DNA of 63,062 bases, filler included, from Rhabdomonas costata (lineage: Eukaryota): assembly GCA_019059605.1 (NCBI GenBank). It is 56 parts of 56 records of this genome, joined end to end, with 100 filler letters (N's around TTAATTAATTAA, not from the genome) between each part and the next. Parts side by side here need not be neighbours in the genome. Positions count along the whole stretch, not along the records: positions 1 to 1,029 come from JAHMHO010032634.1; positions 1,130 to 2,157 come from JAHMHO010032635.1; positions 2,258 to 3,285 come from JAHMHO010032636.1; positions 3,386 to 4,413 come from JAHMHO010032637.1; positions 4,514 to 5,541 come from JAHMHO010032638.1; positions 5,642 to 6,671 come from JAHMHO010032639.1; positions 6,772 to 7,799 come from JAHMHO010032640.1; positions 7,900 to 8,927 come from JAHMHO010032641.1; 48 more parts are not named here. One strand, written 5' to 3'. A program made the position numbers and the translations under genes. Of this stretch, positions 1 to 12,714 are shown in pieces. Numbering within the stretch: position 1 is the stretch's first letter; the number at the start of each line of letters is the position of its first letter. The notes beneath the pieces are model-generated. The model was not told where the DNA came from and searched no databases. It saw nothing but the letters and a program-made list of their open reading frames with translations.

Positions 1-503
1 GTGTGGGGGTGTCAACAGGTCTTTCTCTGAATTTGTTTGTCGAGAATGATGAAACCACATCTCCAACGCAGAAACAATCATTACGTGTTGCTTTCATCAT
101 TCTCGACAAACAAATTCAGAGAAAGACCTGTTGACATCCACGAAATCCCTCCCCCATCCACTCTCTCTTGCACAATACGGCTCCTGAAGAGTACCGCGCT
201 GAGTGCAATACAGGACACATTAGAGAGGGTGACGGGGGACACTGAGTGGGGACAACAAGGAGGAACGAGCGTCTTTATACTGAGTACCTAGTACAGCGCA
301 TTAAATAAAAGGTCCGAGTTCCAGAAGCACAGAACAGAGCACTCACTCGTTCAAATCTTCCTGGCTCAGGCACTGCAGGATTGTCGCCGGGGAGAGCCTC
401 AGCTGCTGCGCCTGCACCCTGAGCTCCTGCGCACGCTCTTCCTGGGCGTGCTTCACCACGGCGCTGGTCCTCCGCAAACTCTGTCAGCGACCCACACAGA
501 CCC

Positions 504-553
504 TCACTCACTCACTCACTCACTCACTCACAACTCACTCACTCACTCACTCA
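504..553. repeat. (CACT)n microsatellite
   Basis: tcactcactcact... run, directly visible. Confidence 0.9.
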
Positions 554-1029
554 CCATCGCGCGGCCCTACCATATCTTCCGCAAAGTAAGCCTACTCAGT
601 GGCAGCAATGGTGCCCCCTGGAAGACAAAGCAGCTAGGTCAGGCTACGCAGAATTTGTTTCAATTTGGCTCAAGTAAAGAGATCTCCAACGTTTTCTTTC
701 CAAACAGGGAACAATTGAAAAGGTGCGTCTCCAACCAGCGTGCCTGGATGTGCAGATTTCCGAGATCTTAGATAACAGGGGACCGACCAAAAGCGTAAAA
801 AGAAATCTCCAACGGTGAGATAAGCAAAAACGGCATCAGTCAAGTCCAGATTCAAGGAAAACATCCCTGATGCTGAAACCCTTTCCTTACTTGTCAATGT
901 ACAGCAAAAGACTATAATACTGTAGGTCAGCTGGTGCAGCACCAGGGTGACAGCGAAACGAATGAAGCTGGAGCCAGTCATCCACAGGTAAAGCAGAACG
1001 CTGTTGAGTTTCACTACTACCCCCCCACC

Positions 1030-1129
1030 NNNNNNNNNNNNNNNNNNNNNNNNNNNNNNNNNNNNNNNNNNNNTTAATTAATTAANNNNNNNNNNNNNNN
1101 NNNNNNNNNNNNNNNNNNNNNNNNNNNNN
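1030..1129. other. Artificial contig-joining spacer (44 N + TTAATTAATTAA + 44 N); first of about 55 such spacers, roughly every 1.13 kb
   Basis: The same 100-nt spacer, with a linker carrying stops in all six frames, recurs throughout (e.g. 2158-2257, 56287-56386, 57415-57514). The flanking sequences are unrelated. Confidence 0.99.
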
Positions 1130-1311
1130 GGTTTTTGGGATCGGACAACGGCGATTCTCGCAGCAGAGATTTCTTCGTCCTGCATTGAAGAACGAGTGTG
1201 ACGCCGGTGAACTTGTATCGTAGTATCATTTGAAGAGAAAACTTTGACAGCTCTGTTGGAAGTACCTTCGTGGAATATTGCAATGTCTGCGGTGCCCCCC
1301 AAAAAATATAG

Positions 1312-1789
1312 GAAATTTGTTATGATCAATGCCGAGAGCAAGGAAGCGCCCGAAGAAGAGTACAAGCCCGACGGGGAGTACATCCCTCGGATCATCTTCC
1401 TGAACGCCAAGGGCGAGGTGGACACCTCTTTGAAGAATGTCGGAGGTGAGGCCCCTTGACATCGTTTATTTTCTTGGGGAAGGAAGTAGACTGACCTTTT
1501 TGTGTGTTCAAATGATGTCCCTATGCTTAGCGTGGCAATGGGATTGTTTCCCCAACATTACGGTTTGTTTTTCTGCTTCTCGTCTAATTAGCCCTCAACG
1601 TGTGTGCTAGCATAATAGTAGCTGGTATGTGTGCTACTTTACTGAATGCCGTCATTTGATGAGTGAGGGGAGGGGTCGCCCGCAGGCAACGCCATGTTCG
1701 TCTACTACTACTCCAGTGCGGAGGAGATTGTGAAGACCATGAAGAAGGCTATCAAAAAGCTCGGGGAGGGAGCTAAGCACGAGCTTTAG
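1312..1789 (+). CDS. TXNDC12: Thioredoxin-domain ER protein (TXNDC12/ERp18/AGR family), last two exons (1312-1445, 1686-1789)
   Basis: Spliced across a GT(1446)-AG(1685) intron: KFVMINAESKEAPEEEYKPDGEYIPRIIFLNAKGEVDTSLKNVGGNAMFVYYYSSAEEIVKTMKKAIKKLGEGAKHEL*. The PDG.YIPRI.F motif is typical of ERp18/AGR proteins, and the C-terminal KHEL is an ER-retention-type signal. Confidence 0.88.
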
Positions 1790-4521
1790 ATTCTAGTCCT
1801 TCTAGCCTTCTTGCGGCCATCGTACGGAGCCACAAATGTTTGGTCGAGATCTGTTTTCCCTTTGTGCTGCAAGGTCACCACCATTTCCCATGGTGTCCGA
1901 AGTGTTTCCAAGTGGTTTGACTTACGCGCATAATTTCACATGATGAATACGGGTGCTGTTTCTCGGTGCAGGAGTTGGGGGTTCCATTGCAGTACCCCTC
2001 CTACCTACATTGTTTGGTACCATCGCTCTGTCAGTGCATTTGACCTTCGGATCTACTTGGACTTCGCCCCCCCCCCCCCCACTCCCGCCTCAATTCGTAT
2101 TGGTGGGTCCGCAAAGGTTCATCGTGCTCGCGACGGTGAACTGATCCGCAAGCTCACNNNNNNNNNNNNNNNNNNNNNNNNNNNNNNNNNNNNNNNNNNN
2201 NTTAATTAATTAANNNNNNNNNNNNNNNNNNNNNNNNNNNNNNNNNNNNNNNNNNNNGTGTTGTGTTGATGACACGGCGGCAGAGCTCAATCAAAACTCA
2301 CCAATGTAGGCAGACTCGTGATTGAGCTCTGCCGCCGTGTCATCAACACTACACACATGCATGCACACACCGCAGTACCCTTGATATGGACTTCAAGGAC
2401 GGTCTGCGTCAATGGAAGGGGCTGGATATGTGAACGAATGTTTTTGCTTACCGTTTTCCCTTGAATGTATTTTCCCAACGCCGATTCTACAGATACGATT
2501 TCTTACGTGTCTGAATGAATGTATAACAGGTGTCTGGGGGAGTCGTCCGATTTTCTAGACTGAAGCAATTATTTGGGTGATTCTGCCATTTACCTTGAGG
2601 CCTCGTGAACACGAATGCTTGGGTTCCCTTACCCATCTGGAGGCGAATGCCGTACAACACGGTGGGGTGAGGGGTGGAGAATCTCGCGGAGAATGTCAAA
2701 GCATTTGGGGTATGAAAATAATAGCCCCAGTCTTCCACCGAAAAAATAACTCGATATCCTATATCCTTGCATTGAAAACCCGACCATGCCTTCCCTCTGC
2801 AGTCCATACCAGATGGTAATATACATCCTAGCCGCCATTGCCAAATGAAACAGCACAAAGAACAACCACTACTCACAGCATTCTTTTATCGGTTCTATTT
2901 TGAGATAATCAATGAAGAAAAAACCTGTGGCGCCACCGTCCCCCCCCCCCAATAATCACCGCTCAGCTCGCCCAGTCCTGAGGGAAACTTTGCTCTTGTA
3001 CCCGACGTCAGGGAGGGGGAAGCAAATGGGTGCACACATGCCGTCATAGCTCCCTTCGGATTCAGGACCCTTTTACGTCGAGCTCCGGGGTGCCACTCCC
3101 GCAGCCTGAATTCCTGCCTTCACCAACAGTGGCCATTACACAGTAGCAGAAGGGATTTGTCTAGGAAGCCAAGAAGATTGCTGTTCTTGGAGAGAGAACC
3201 AGCTTGATAATTTTTGCACGGCCTCACTTCCACTTCTTGAACGTCCTTCTTCGAACCCGTTGGCACATATAGCCACAAAAACCCCNNNNNNNNNNNNNNN
3301 NNNNNNNNNNNNNNNNNNNNNNNNNNNNNTTAATTAATTAANNNNNNNNNNNNNNNNNNNNNNNNNNNNNNNNNNNNNNNNNNNNTGTCAGTGGGGGAAG
3401 CGCGAAAGGCGGGTCCTCCTCCATCAAAAGACTGTCTGTCCCAGGCAGCGGCCCCGGCTGACGGGCGGAGGTAGACTTTAAAGGGAGCAGCTCCGCTCTT
3501 GGCCGCTGCTTTCCCGAGGAGCGGCTGCTGACGCTCGCCGGGCTGCCGTGGGGATCCGGGGAACGGCGCAGCACCGCTGTTGGGGAGAAGCAGGGGCCCT
3601 TCTCGACTACAGTGGCCCAGTCTTGGGGCTCGGGGAGCTTCGGGCTGGTGGGGACCTCGGACAAGGGGCGCAGCCTGCGCATGCTCTCAAGCCTACGCAT
3701 GGGCGAGGTTGGTGAGGTGGGCCGACTGCCGGACGGCTGGGGAGAGGTGATTTCCGAAAGGCAAGACGTCGACAGGTCGGGGATGGTGAGAGAGGCCTCA
3801 ACCTTCAATCCGGCCCTGAGCTCTGCACAGCGGGGGTGGGGGGACCATAACATCGGATGCCCGCACAATTACAACTATCGAGAAACCACACAAGACAGAC
3901 ATTTAAAAATCACTATGAGCCCACCATTCCATGTCAATTTAATCGCTCGCTGCATAGTGAGAGATGCCTTCTTCCCCGGGTAGCATTCACCTTACAGACT
4001 TTTAGGGCTTGGCAATGACAGACGCGAGCTGATTAGATTACGACATTCTAGATAGCAAAGGAAGCCGGTATTCACAGGCCCACACAGGAAGCATTCACGG
4101 GCCCAAGCAAACGCGGCGTTTCTGAAAAAACGCCGCAAACAAAGCAAATGAAGGAAAGGAAGTGCCCGAGTTCACAACCCATAACGGAGTCACCACAGAC
4201 TAGGAGACCTGAGAAGGCGGAGCTGCTGAGAGAAAGCTGTGCCACCAGTGCGTCGCCATCAGGGGACGGGGAGGAAGCGTGCCCCCACGGGGGGCCCGTG
4301 TGGGCGGAGGGGTGAAGCTTCTCAAAGGACACCAGCTCCTGTGCACCCAAAGGACAACTATCGTCACCCCCCACCCTGCTTCGAGGCATTGAATCCCACA
4401 ACCCACCCAACACNNNNNNNNNNNNNNNNNNNNNNNNNNNNNNNNNNNNNNNNNNNNTTAATTAATTAANNNNNNNNNNNNNNNNNNNNNNNNNNNNNNN
4501 NNNNNNNNNNNNNGGGTTGGG

Positions 4522-5057
4522 TTGGGTGGAGATGGCCTTTACTGGGGGCGGCCCTACTACGTCCACTATCAAGGGTGGAGTGTGCTTTGGTACGACCCCA
4601 CTCTTGGATGGACCTTTAGCTCCAGCCCGAATTCGACAGATAGCTATTACGCGCACAATTTCCAGAACGTGTCCACTCCCGACCAGCTTACCGAGCCATG
4701 GTTGGTGATGCAGGACTCGGTGTTTGTGTTCGACTTCTCGCTGCGGACGTTGTGCTCAAGTGTGCACGTGCATCGAGGATAGGTAAAGGAGAGGGTTTTA
4801 CACTCGTCTCGTGAGAAGAATTGAGGTGTTCCGGATCTTCGACCAAAGTGTCGGCTGGTGCCGCTTCCAGACTGGTCTTGCAGGAGACCTTTTTTGGCCC
4901 TGTTTCGTGTTTGATGGGGGGTCTTTGATGGGGGTAATCTTTCCCACAGCCCAGTCATGTGCCTTCTTTGAGGGCTGCCCTGAGCCTGTGCTGTACCACA
5001 ATGCCTCGAAGCTGTGCGCCCAGGACCCGTGCACCGAAGCCGACTGCTGTGTGGAAG
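4522..5057 (+). CDS. Partial extracellular protein, two exons (to 4759; 4950-5057), the second encoding a Cys-rich module
   Basis: A GT(4760)-AG(4949) intron joins in frame ...FDFSLRTLCS-T-QSCAFFEGCPEPVLYHNASKLCAQDPCTEADCCVE; donor GTAATT at 5058. Confidence 0.6.
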
Positions 5058-8000
5058 GTAATTGATCGGTGATGTGGATAGTACTGGGGATGGTGCTAAT
5101 TGCTCCTTCTGAGCGCTATTGCCGCCCCCCTCCCCCTGTATGTACTGCTTGATGCCACTACCTGTATGACGGCTCGACCGCTGGCTGGATGATACACGTA
5201 ACTCTCCAACGCTCGAATGCTTTCATTTTGCAAATGCCGCTTTTGTGCCGACTGTTCCCGTTGAGGCATCTGAGAGCGACATAGGTTACCCATTCACCCC
5301 ACAGTTGGCAACCCCAGGACTTCTGTGACTGCTGGACCCTCCAGTAGTCGCAGAGCTGTTCCTCACGCAGTGGGGAACCTCCGCTATGGTCAGATCCAGA
5401 GCTCTCAGACGCCTCGTGCGCCTGCCCGCTACCATAACCTTGCGTGGCGCTACCCGCGTTGCACTGCCCGCCACCATACGCTTGCGTGACTCTGCCCGCC
5501 TCCATGAAGTTGCCTGCCCACAACGATGAGAAAAGCCCAGANNNNNNNNNNNNNNNNNNNNNNNNNNNNNNNNNNNNNNNNNNNNTTAATTAATTAANNN
5601 NNNNNNNNNNNNNNNNNNNNNNNNNNNNNNNNNNNNNNNNNTGTATATGTGTTCGGAAAATCCTTTTTTTTCTCTACGGTCTAGTTGTGGATCCTGCAGT
5701 TGTCTGTGTGTTTTACGGACACGAGCTTTCCTAAATATCGTGGTCAGCCGGTTGATGGTAATATTTCAATATGGCCATGTATGGTTAAAAAATAGGGTGA
5801 TCTACGCACCAAATTGTGGGGGGAGAAGCCGGGAGAACTAAGCGCGAGGATGAGAACGGAAGAGAAGCAGCAAGGAAGCTTTGGTTTGAACGGGAAAACG
5901 GCAATTTAATCTTTAACAGTGGCAGCGGATGGTTTGGGTTTGACGTTTGTCGCACAAAAACAAAAGGCAAAAGCCCGTTTTGAAGTTTGACCATATTCCC
6001 GAAAATTTGTTCCAAGACATCGGGTTAGATTTTGTCCGCTTTAAACAACGGTTCTTTTACGTCCGTGAAAGGAAAGGCCAGCGTAATTGGCATTGCCATT
6101 TGCGGGTGCGGCAAAGTCCGGTCGAAAGAGACGAGCGGAGTAAAACATTCCGGAGGGCCGCCACAAATCGACGACACAACAACATAGGAAATCGGTTTTC
6201 GACGCGGAGCCCGGAAACCACCCGCGGGTGTCAGAGACGACGGAGCGGGACCAGGCGGCATACTTTATTATTTGGCCCCGGGAGAATATCGTTGGATTTT
6301 TTTGCAAGACTTTTTTGCAAGACCAAGCCGGAAAAACACCATTTATCTGAAACGGGCGGCTCCCCTATCTCCTTATCTCCCTATCTATTGTGGCGAAGGG
6401 GCCGCGTGGAACGGAAACGGGCAACAACCCAAATGGGCGACCACCCCTCACCGAAACCACGGCCTTCCGGGAAAAGACGTCTTCTCGGAAATATTCCTCG
6501 CCAGCCGTGGGCGCGCGGTACTGGAACCACTCTTTTGGTAGGGCTCTTTGCCGCGCGCGCTCACCCTCCTGTTTTGGGGCGCTAGCTGGAGCCGAGAAAG
6601 CAATCCAATACTGTGCCTGAACTCTCCGTCCCTCTCACTACCACAGAAGGCATCAACAAGGAACACCCCCCNNNNNNNNNNNNNNNNNNNNNNNNNNNNN
6701 NNNNNNNNNNNNNNNTTAATTAATTAANNNNNNNNNNNNNNNNNNNNNNNNNNNNNNNNNNNNNNNNNNNNGTTTGTGTGTGTATTGCCCACGTTGATCC
6801 GCCCCCAGAAGCGGCCTGTACGCTCACGCAATGTTTGTGTGTAAGTGTGTGGGCGCCATGAAAGTTTCAGGTCAAAAGCCTCTTCGAAATCCGACCTTCA
6901 CGCACTGCTTTGCCACAAATGAAATGTTACGTCTTTTGCTGACCAAATCATCAATGTTGCCTCAGTCGAACATCTAACGTAGCATAGAAAAGTGCAAAGA
7001 AGCGTAAAAAGTTTTGATGCCCGTAAAATTCTGCCCGCGTCTGAAAAGTAGCAGATTGTCCTGATCGTCTACTATGTGTGCATGCATCGCCTTCTAGTCT
7101 CCCTACCTTCTGTTGTAAGTTTATAGGAGTGTCTGCCGCGTTTCAAACCAGTATGGTATCAGCCATATTTTCGATTGGAGGGAGCGTGGTACCGGCAGCG
7201 GTTCTGATGACGGCTCATGTCTGTGTTTTTTTTCAAGCCCCTACTGGATCTTTCTGCCTAACACGCATCCACACTTCGGATCGGCCACCTGTTGTTTAGA
7301 GTCACTTATGGAAATTCCTGGCCGAGTTCTGCCCTTACGCCGCCTTTGAGGGGAGCTCGCCGCGGGGCTACAACTTCCCCGCGGACCTTGTGTTGAGCTC
7401 CTCCGCGGATGTGAAGAAAGCGTGGCAGCCCTTGATCATGGCTCGCTCTGAGGAGCTCGGTGCCAATCCCACCCCTTCACCCACGCACACACTTCGTGCC
7501 TTGCGCGGTGCCCTTCTCCTCTTTCTGCACACCTGTTTATTGGGTGGCTTGTTGACTGCGCGACTGCTGCGCACTTGTGCTGCGGATTTGCCGACCATGG
7601 CTGGGCCGAAGGCAAAACAAATGAGCCGCAACGAGACCAAAACTGCCATAGCATCTGATAACATACCAACGGGCAGCTTACCTTTCTTCGGTTGATCACT
7701 GTTTTGCACTGTTGTGATGCTGAAGCTAAAAACAAGAGATAATGCTCCGAGGATTTGCCCTCGCCCCCGACCTGCTACACCCCTCCCTCACAACAAAACN
7801 NNNNNNNNNNNNNNNNNNNNNNNNNNNNNNNNNNNNNNNNNNNTTAATTAATTAANNNNNNNNNNNNNNNNNNNNNNNNNNNNNNNNNNNNNNNNNNNNG
7901 GTCACCACCAACCAGTCAACCAGTCAACCAGGCAACAGCGAGCGCGCAATGCGCCCAACACACACACACACACACAGACACGTTTCCATTCTCTCTTTTA

Positions 8001-11000
8001 GTTGTCCATACGACAATTCTCATTTTCGCCCTCCCCCGTTCCCATTTCGGTTTTTCTCCTTCCTCTCTTTTCAATTTGAACAGCAGACGCCCCCGTTTCT
8101 TCCACTTCTAGAGTTTCATGGTTGTGGTTTTGTGCACTCCCACTCCTCTTCGTCCTCTGCTCTTCCCTCTGTTACATTATTTTCAATTCTTCCACTCACC
8201 ACTCTTCTTCGTTGTTATGGAGATCTCTGTCCAGATTTTTTTGTACAGCAAGCACACTTTATTCTCATTCCCATGGTTTGGGTGTTGCTGCTACTCTTCG
8301 CTATGCGTTCTGCAAAGAGTGTTTCGGACCTTGGACTTTGTTCGATGAGTGAGGTCAATGCAAGGGCGCTGCGAACAGAACATATGTTGAAGTGCAAATG
8401 AAGACCCCGACCACACAGTTAAGTTCATTTCAAAAGATATGAAAGACGAGCGAAAATGACCAAACGATGGAGCTTGATTTTTCTTTGAATCTCTGCGTGC
8501 CAGGTCTGGTGACATGCGCCGGGTTCAAAGTGTTTTCCGCCAACGGGGCTCCGGCGTTTTGAACGAGGCGATGAAGATGATGCGTATCATGGCAGTGGCA
8601 CGGTCTCACCGCCGGCTGTGCGACTACGCACGGACGGTGCAGGCGGCGCTTGAGACTATGGTGTTGAGCTTTCGCCTTTTCTATGGTTAAGGATTGCGGG
8701 AATGCCATCTGGTATTACTCAGAATTGCAGTTGCCTTCGGATTGTTTTCACCGATTTTGCTCTGGCTCTCACCTGCTTTTCAGAAAGTTGTGTGACGCTC
8801 ACCTTTCTGCGCCCAAGAATTACCTCTCCTTCGCTCTCATTGACCGCCCCTTCATTGGCTTCCCGAACTCATTCCCCGTGACCACACCTCCCATATCCCC
8901 ATATATCAAAACAGGGAAACCCAAAACNNNNNNNNNNNNNNNNNNNNNNNNNNNNNNNNNNNNNNNNNNNNTTAATTAATTAANNNNNNNNNNNNNNNNN
9001 NNNNNNNNNNNNNNNNNNNNNNNNNNNGGGTGTGGGGGGACATGCAAGTCAGTCCTGCACGCGAAACAAAAGACGTACACGCACAGACATTGGTGCACAC
9101 GGAATCCACAGGATAAGCATGCAAGTCAGTCCAGGGACACGCTCCCCAGGACTCCAGCTCTGGGGCGCGCAACCAAATCATTATTTGTTTGGTTATGGGA
9201 AGGGAGGAAGCATGCAAAAGGGGAGGAAGATGGGAGGATGGGCAGGCACAATGCGAACCACAGCTGGCGGCTTCCAGCTTCTCTGTGGTGGAGGACAGGC
9301 TTTGCTTCTCGGCCTGCACCTGAGCGAGCTCTCTGCGAAGCTCGGCCAGCTCACACCGCAGCCGCCGCAGCTCTGCAGGGAAGTAAGGGCAGGAGCTGGG
9401 CGAACAAAGCCCGCAAACCTGAGCTCCAGCCTCCCACTGGAGTAAACTCTGTCACCCCAACACTGTAACTGGAAGCCGGGGCAAGTGACCAAAGTCTATT
9501 GTGATTTGTGGCGCACTTCCTTTCGAGCTCTGTAAACTGCATGTAATGAAAATGAATCCACGGTAAAACCTTGAGGTTTTTAATTCTTAATCCTTATTGA
9601 AATCTCCTCTTGGGGCTCAGCAAGGCGCAGCCACTTTTGCCTCCCCCTCTTATTGAAAGAAACTCCATTTGGGCAATCTAACCCGGCCAAATTATTTTTT
9701 GTCCGTGCCACATCAAAGGAAGAGACGGAAAGGCGAAACCAAAAAGGGATAGAAAGAACGTCGTCTTTTGTAAACGATGTCAGCATATTTGCTTCCTGTG
9801 CATTGAAAGCACCAAAGTGCAGGTTACTTTTCTGGGGATATGCCGATGTCTGCCGATATCCATGTGACATAAGCTATTGTGCTGCTTACTTTGACATGGC
9901 GCGGGCCAAAAATATGTTCACTTGGCCCAAGGGGGGTCCACCACCCTACTAATCACCTTACTTGAGCTGACACTCCCAAAACTGTGGGATGGGGCCCCCC
10001 AAATAGACTTACGCAGAAGTACAGAACACACCGAAATCCCAAAGTCCATATTTGCNNNNNNNNNNNNNNNNNNNNNNNNNNNNNNNNNNNNNNNNNNNNT
10101 TAATTAATTAANNNNNNNNNNNNNNNNNNNNNNNNNNNNNNNNNNNNNNNNNNNNTGTGGTGGAGTTATCTCCAAGTTTCCATCAGGAAATCTATGGAAA
10201 GCCATAGAGACAAAGAAGACCTTCAAAAACAAGGCCGCAGACAAGCCGAGAAGATCAGGAAAATCAAGCATGAAATGAAAGCGAGGAAGGAAATCCGGAC
10301 CTAAGAAAAAAGGAATCAGCTCCATGAATCCAAGGGGTTGCCACTTTTTCCTATATCACATTCTTATATCACTGGAATGGTTTGATTTTGTGATATGCGG
10401 TTAATTGTGTGGGTCACGCTGTGGACGTTTTTGGTGATTGTGTTACTTTCCGTTATACTTGGTCGCGTCAGTTTGATATTCAAAAACTGGTCAGATATCA
10501 GGCTGTTACATCCCAAAGGAGTCCGATATACACCGATCTCATCCTTCATGCATAGATGCGGAAAATGGATGTGAATGTATAATGCAGCGACTGGAGTGTA
10601 TATGGAGTGTAGCTTTGGAAGGATATTACGCAGTACGTGGCACGTCATGGAGTAGATGATGGAGCAGTGCTGCCGCAGCAGCAAGCAGAGCGGACGCAGC
10701 ACGGATAGAGACAAGCGATTATTAGGCGACGGACAGCAAGAAGCAGCAACAGTGGAAGGTGTGAGGCAGAATCAGGAGCGATTCATGAGGACAACGCGGT
10801 GGTGTGCGCAAACTTCTGTGTGGTGTTGGACTCACTGTGATGTGCAGTGTGTGGTTCCGGCAGTGCAATGCTGTGTTCGTGTTCCCTGCGCTTGCTTTTG
10901 GCTGGGTGGGAAAAGGGCAGAGTACTAAGTAAGTTATTAAGTAGGCTAGGCTACCCCACTGTGGATCCCATTGCCCAGCAGCAGGAACGAAAACCAGGCA

Positions 11001-11283
11001 AGCCCCCCAGGTGCTAGACAAGCGGTATACCATACCGGCAGTAGCACTGTAGGCTGTCTGAGGTACGTCCTGGTAACGTCCGGCAGCAAGGCCCAACGGA
11101 ATCCAGGAAGAAGGTTCTGCGAAGCTAGACGGAAGAGGCAAAGCGAGCGATAAACCCACAAACCCCCCCAAACACACCACACANNNNNNNNNNNNNNNNN
11201 NNNNNNNNNNNNNNNNNNNNNNNNNNNTTAATTAATTAANNNNNNNNNNNNNNNNNNNNNNNNNNNNNNNNNNNNNNNNNNNN

Positions 11284-12312
11284 AGAAAGGGGAGGATCTC
11301 CGAGATCCAGGCGCTTCCAGCAGCAGACTCTTTTTGTATCACATTGCCCACAACGGGAATGTTGGAAGCTGAGTTGGAGGAAAGTGGAAGTCCATTTCAG
11401 GTTGAAGGGGGTAGGATTGCAATTGAGGTGGCGCCCCCCATGAGCGAAGTGAAGATCCCCGTGCTCAGTTTAGCAGGGGAGAGTTCACGGTCTGATCAAG
11501 CGGTTGACACTAAGCGGAGGGGGTTGGTAAAGGTGTTGGGAGTGGCCCCCCAGCCGAGATTTCAGTGCTGCAAGACGAGATGGTTGGGAACGAAGGAGCA
11601 GCAGGAAGTGAGGAGGTGGAAGTCGTGCCTACGGCGGAAGATCAGCGAGCAGTGGCAAGAGCACAAGAGCCAAAGTGGAAGACGAAGAGAAAGTCGCGGA
11701 ATTCTCCAAGGAAAGAGGTGGAGAAGCTTATCAAGAAGGTGGACCACACACCACACACCACAGCGTGTGCGGCCCCACCTGTGCGGTAGTGTCGACACCA
11801 CCAGAGATTGAGGAGTTGAATAGGGAGTTCGCAGACATCTTTCCAGAGAAAGTTCCAGGTGGTTTGCCGCCAGCGAGGAAGACGGATCACAGGATTGATC
11901 TGAAGCCGGACAGCAAGATCCCAGCGCAAAGGTTGTATAGGATGTCGCCAGCGGAAGATGTGGAGCTACAGAAGCAGCTTAAGAGTTTACAAGAGCTAGG
12001 GTTCATTGAGCCAGCCACGTCTCCGTATGGTGCGGGAGTGCTGTTCGTACCGAAGGAGAATGGGAAGTTGAGGTTGTGTGTTGATTTTCGTCCGTTGAAT
12101 GCAATCACGATCGTAGATTCGTATCCATTACCTCGCATTGATGAAATGATTGATTACGCTGGTAAGGCTAAGGTGTTTTCGAAGTTAGATTTGCATGCAG
12201 GTTTTCATCAGATTCGTATTCATCCTTAGCATGTGGAGCGGACAGCATTTAAGACGAAGTACGGCACGTTTCAGTTTTTGGTGATGCCGTTTGGGTTGTG
12301 CAATGCGCCAGC
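11284..12312 (+). mobile_element. Ty3/Gypsy LTR retrotransposon pol fragment (spacer + RT N-half), defective
   Basis: EFADIFPEKVPGGLPPARKTDHRIDLKP...SPYGAGVLFVPKENGKLRLCVDFRPLN...YPLPRIDE...[45 protein letters not shown]; in-frame TAG at 12227-12229. Confidence 0.95.
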
Positions 12313-12504
12313 NNNNNNNNNNNNNNNNNNNNNNNNNNNNNNNNNNNNNNNNNNNNTTAATTAATTAANNNNNNNNNNNNNNNNNNNNNNNNNNNNNNNN
12401 NNNNNNNNNNNNGTTAATGGGAGGGGGTGAAGTTCTGAAAAGCTAAAATCACTTTTTAAGAGAAGGAGACACCATAATAATGTCTTGTGTGTTGTGAATT
12501 GCAG

Positions 12505-12714
12505 GTTATTGATGCGCTTGCGCATGGTACACCCTCTCGGGACCGCGAGCGCGCGTTGTACGCGATGCACCTTGGGCTTCGGACGAGGCAGGGCCAGGTC
12601 CACTCTCCAGCCGAGATCACGCGGTGGCTCACTGCCGCGGGACTTCAAAATGTGACGCCTCTGGACCACCCGGATGTGATTGGGGCCCTGGGCGTTCTTA
12701 TTGGAAAGCGGTAG
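12505..12714 (+). CDS. Terminal exon of a probable SAM-dependent O-methyltransferase (Methyltransf_2-like C-terminus)
   Basis: After acceptor ttgcAG: VIDALAHGTPSRDRERALYAMHLGLRTRQGQVHSPAEITRWLTAAGLQNVTPLDHPDVIGALGVLIGKR*. The pattern T..G...S.AE...WL..AG....V followed by a terminal beta-strand is typical of class II OMTs. Confidence 0.6.
   Translation, partial: VIDALAHGTPSRDRERALYAMHLGLRTRQGQVHSPAEITRWLTAAGLQNVTPLDHPDVIGALGVLIGKR

Noticed and set aside
1074-1085. Regularly spaced TTAATTAATTAA repeats resembling an array
   Set aside because: Always embedded in 44+44 N; a synthetic joining linker, not biology.
3338-3868. 176-aa Pro/Ser-rich ORF and many other overlapping ORFs in the supplied track
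   Set aside because: No recognisable domain. It may be a low-complexity exon, but overlapping open frames are expected in GC-rich DNA, and many listed ORFs run into N spacers.
12227-12229. In-frame TAG in a conserved RT (and TGA in the dUTPase at 57588-57590) suggesting stop-codon reassignment or readthrough
   Set aside because: TAG ends TXNDC12 right after KHEL and TGA ends DPM2. Both in-frame stops are single-base changes from plausible sense codons (GAG, GGA) in decaying elements.
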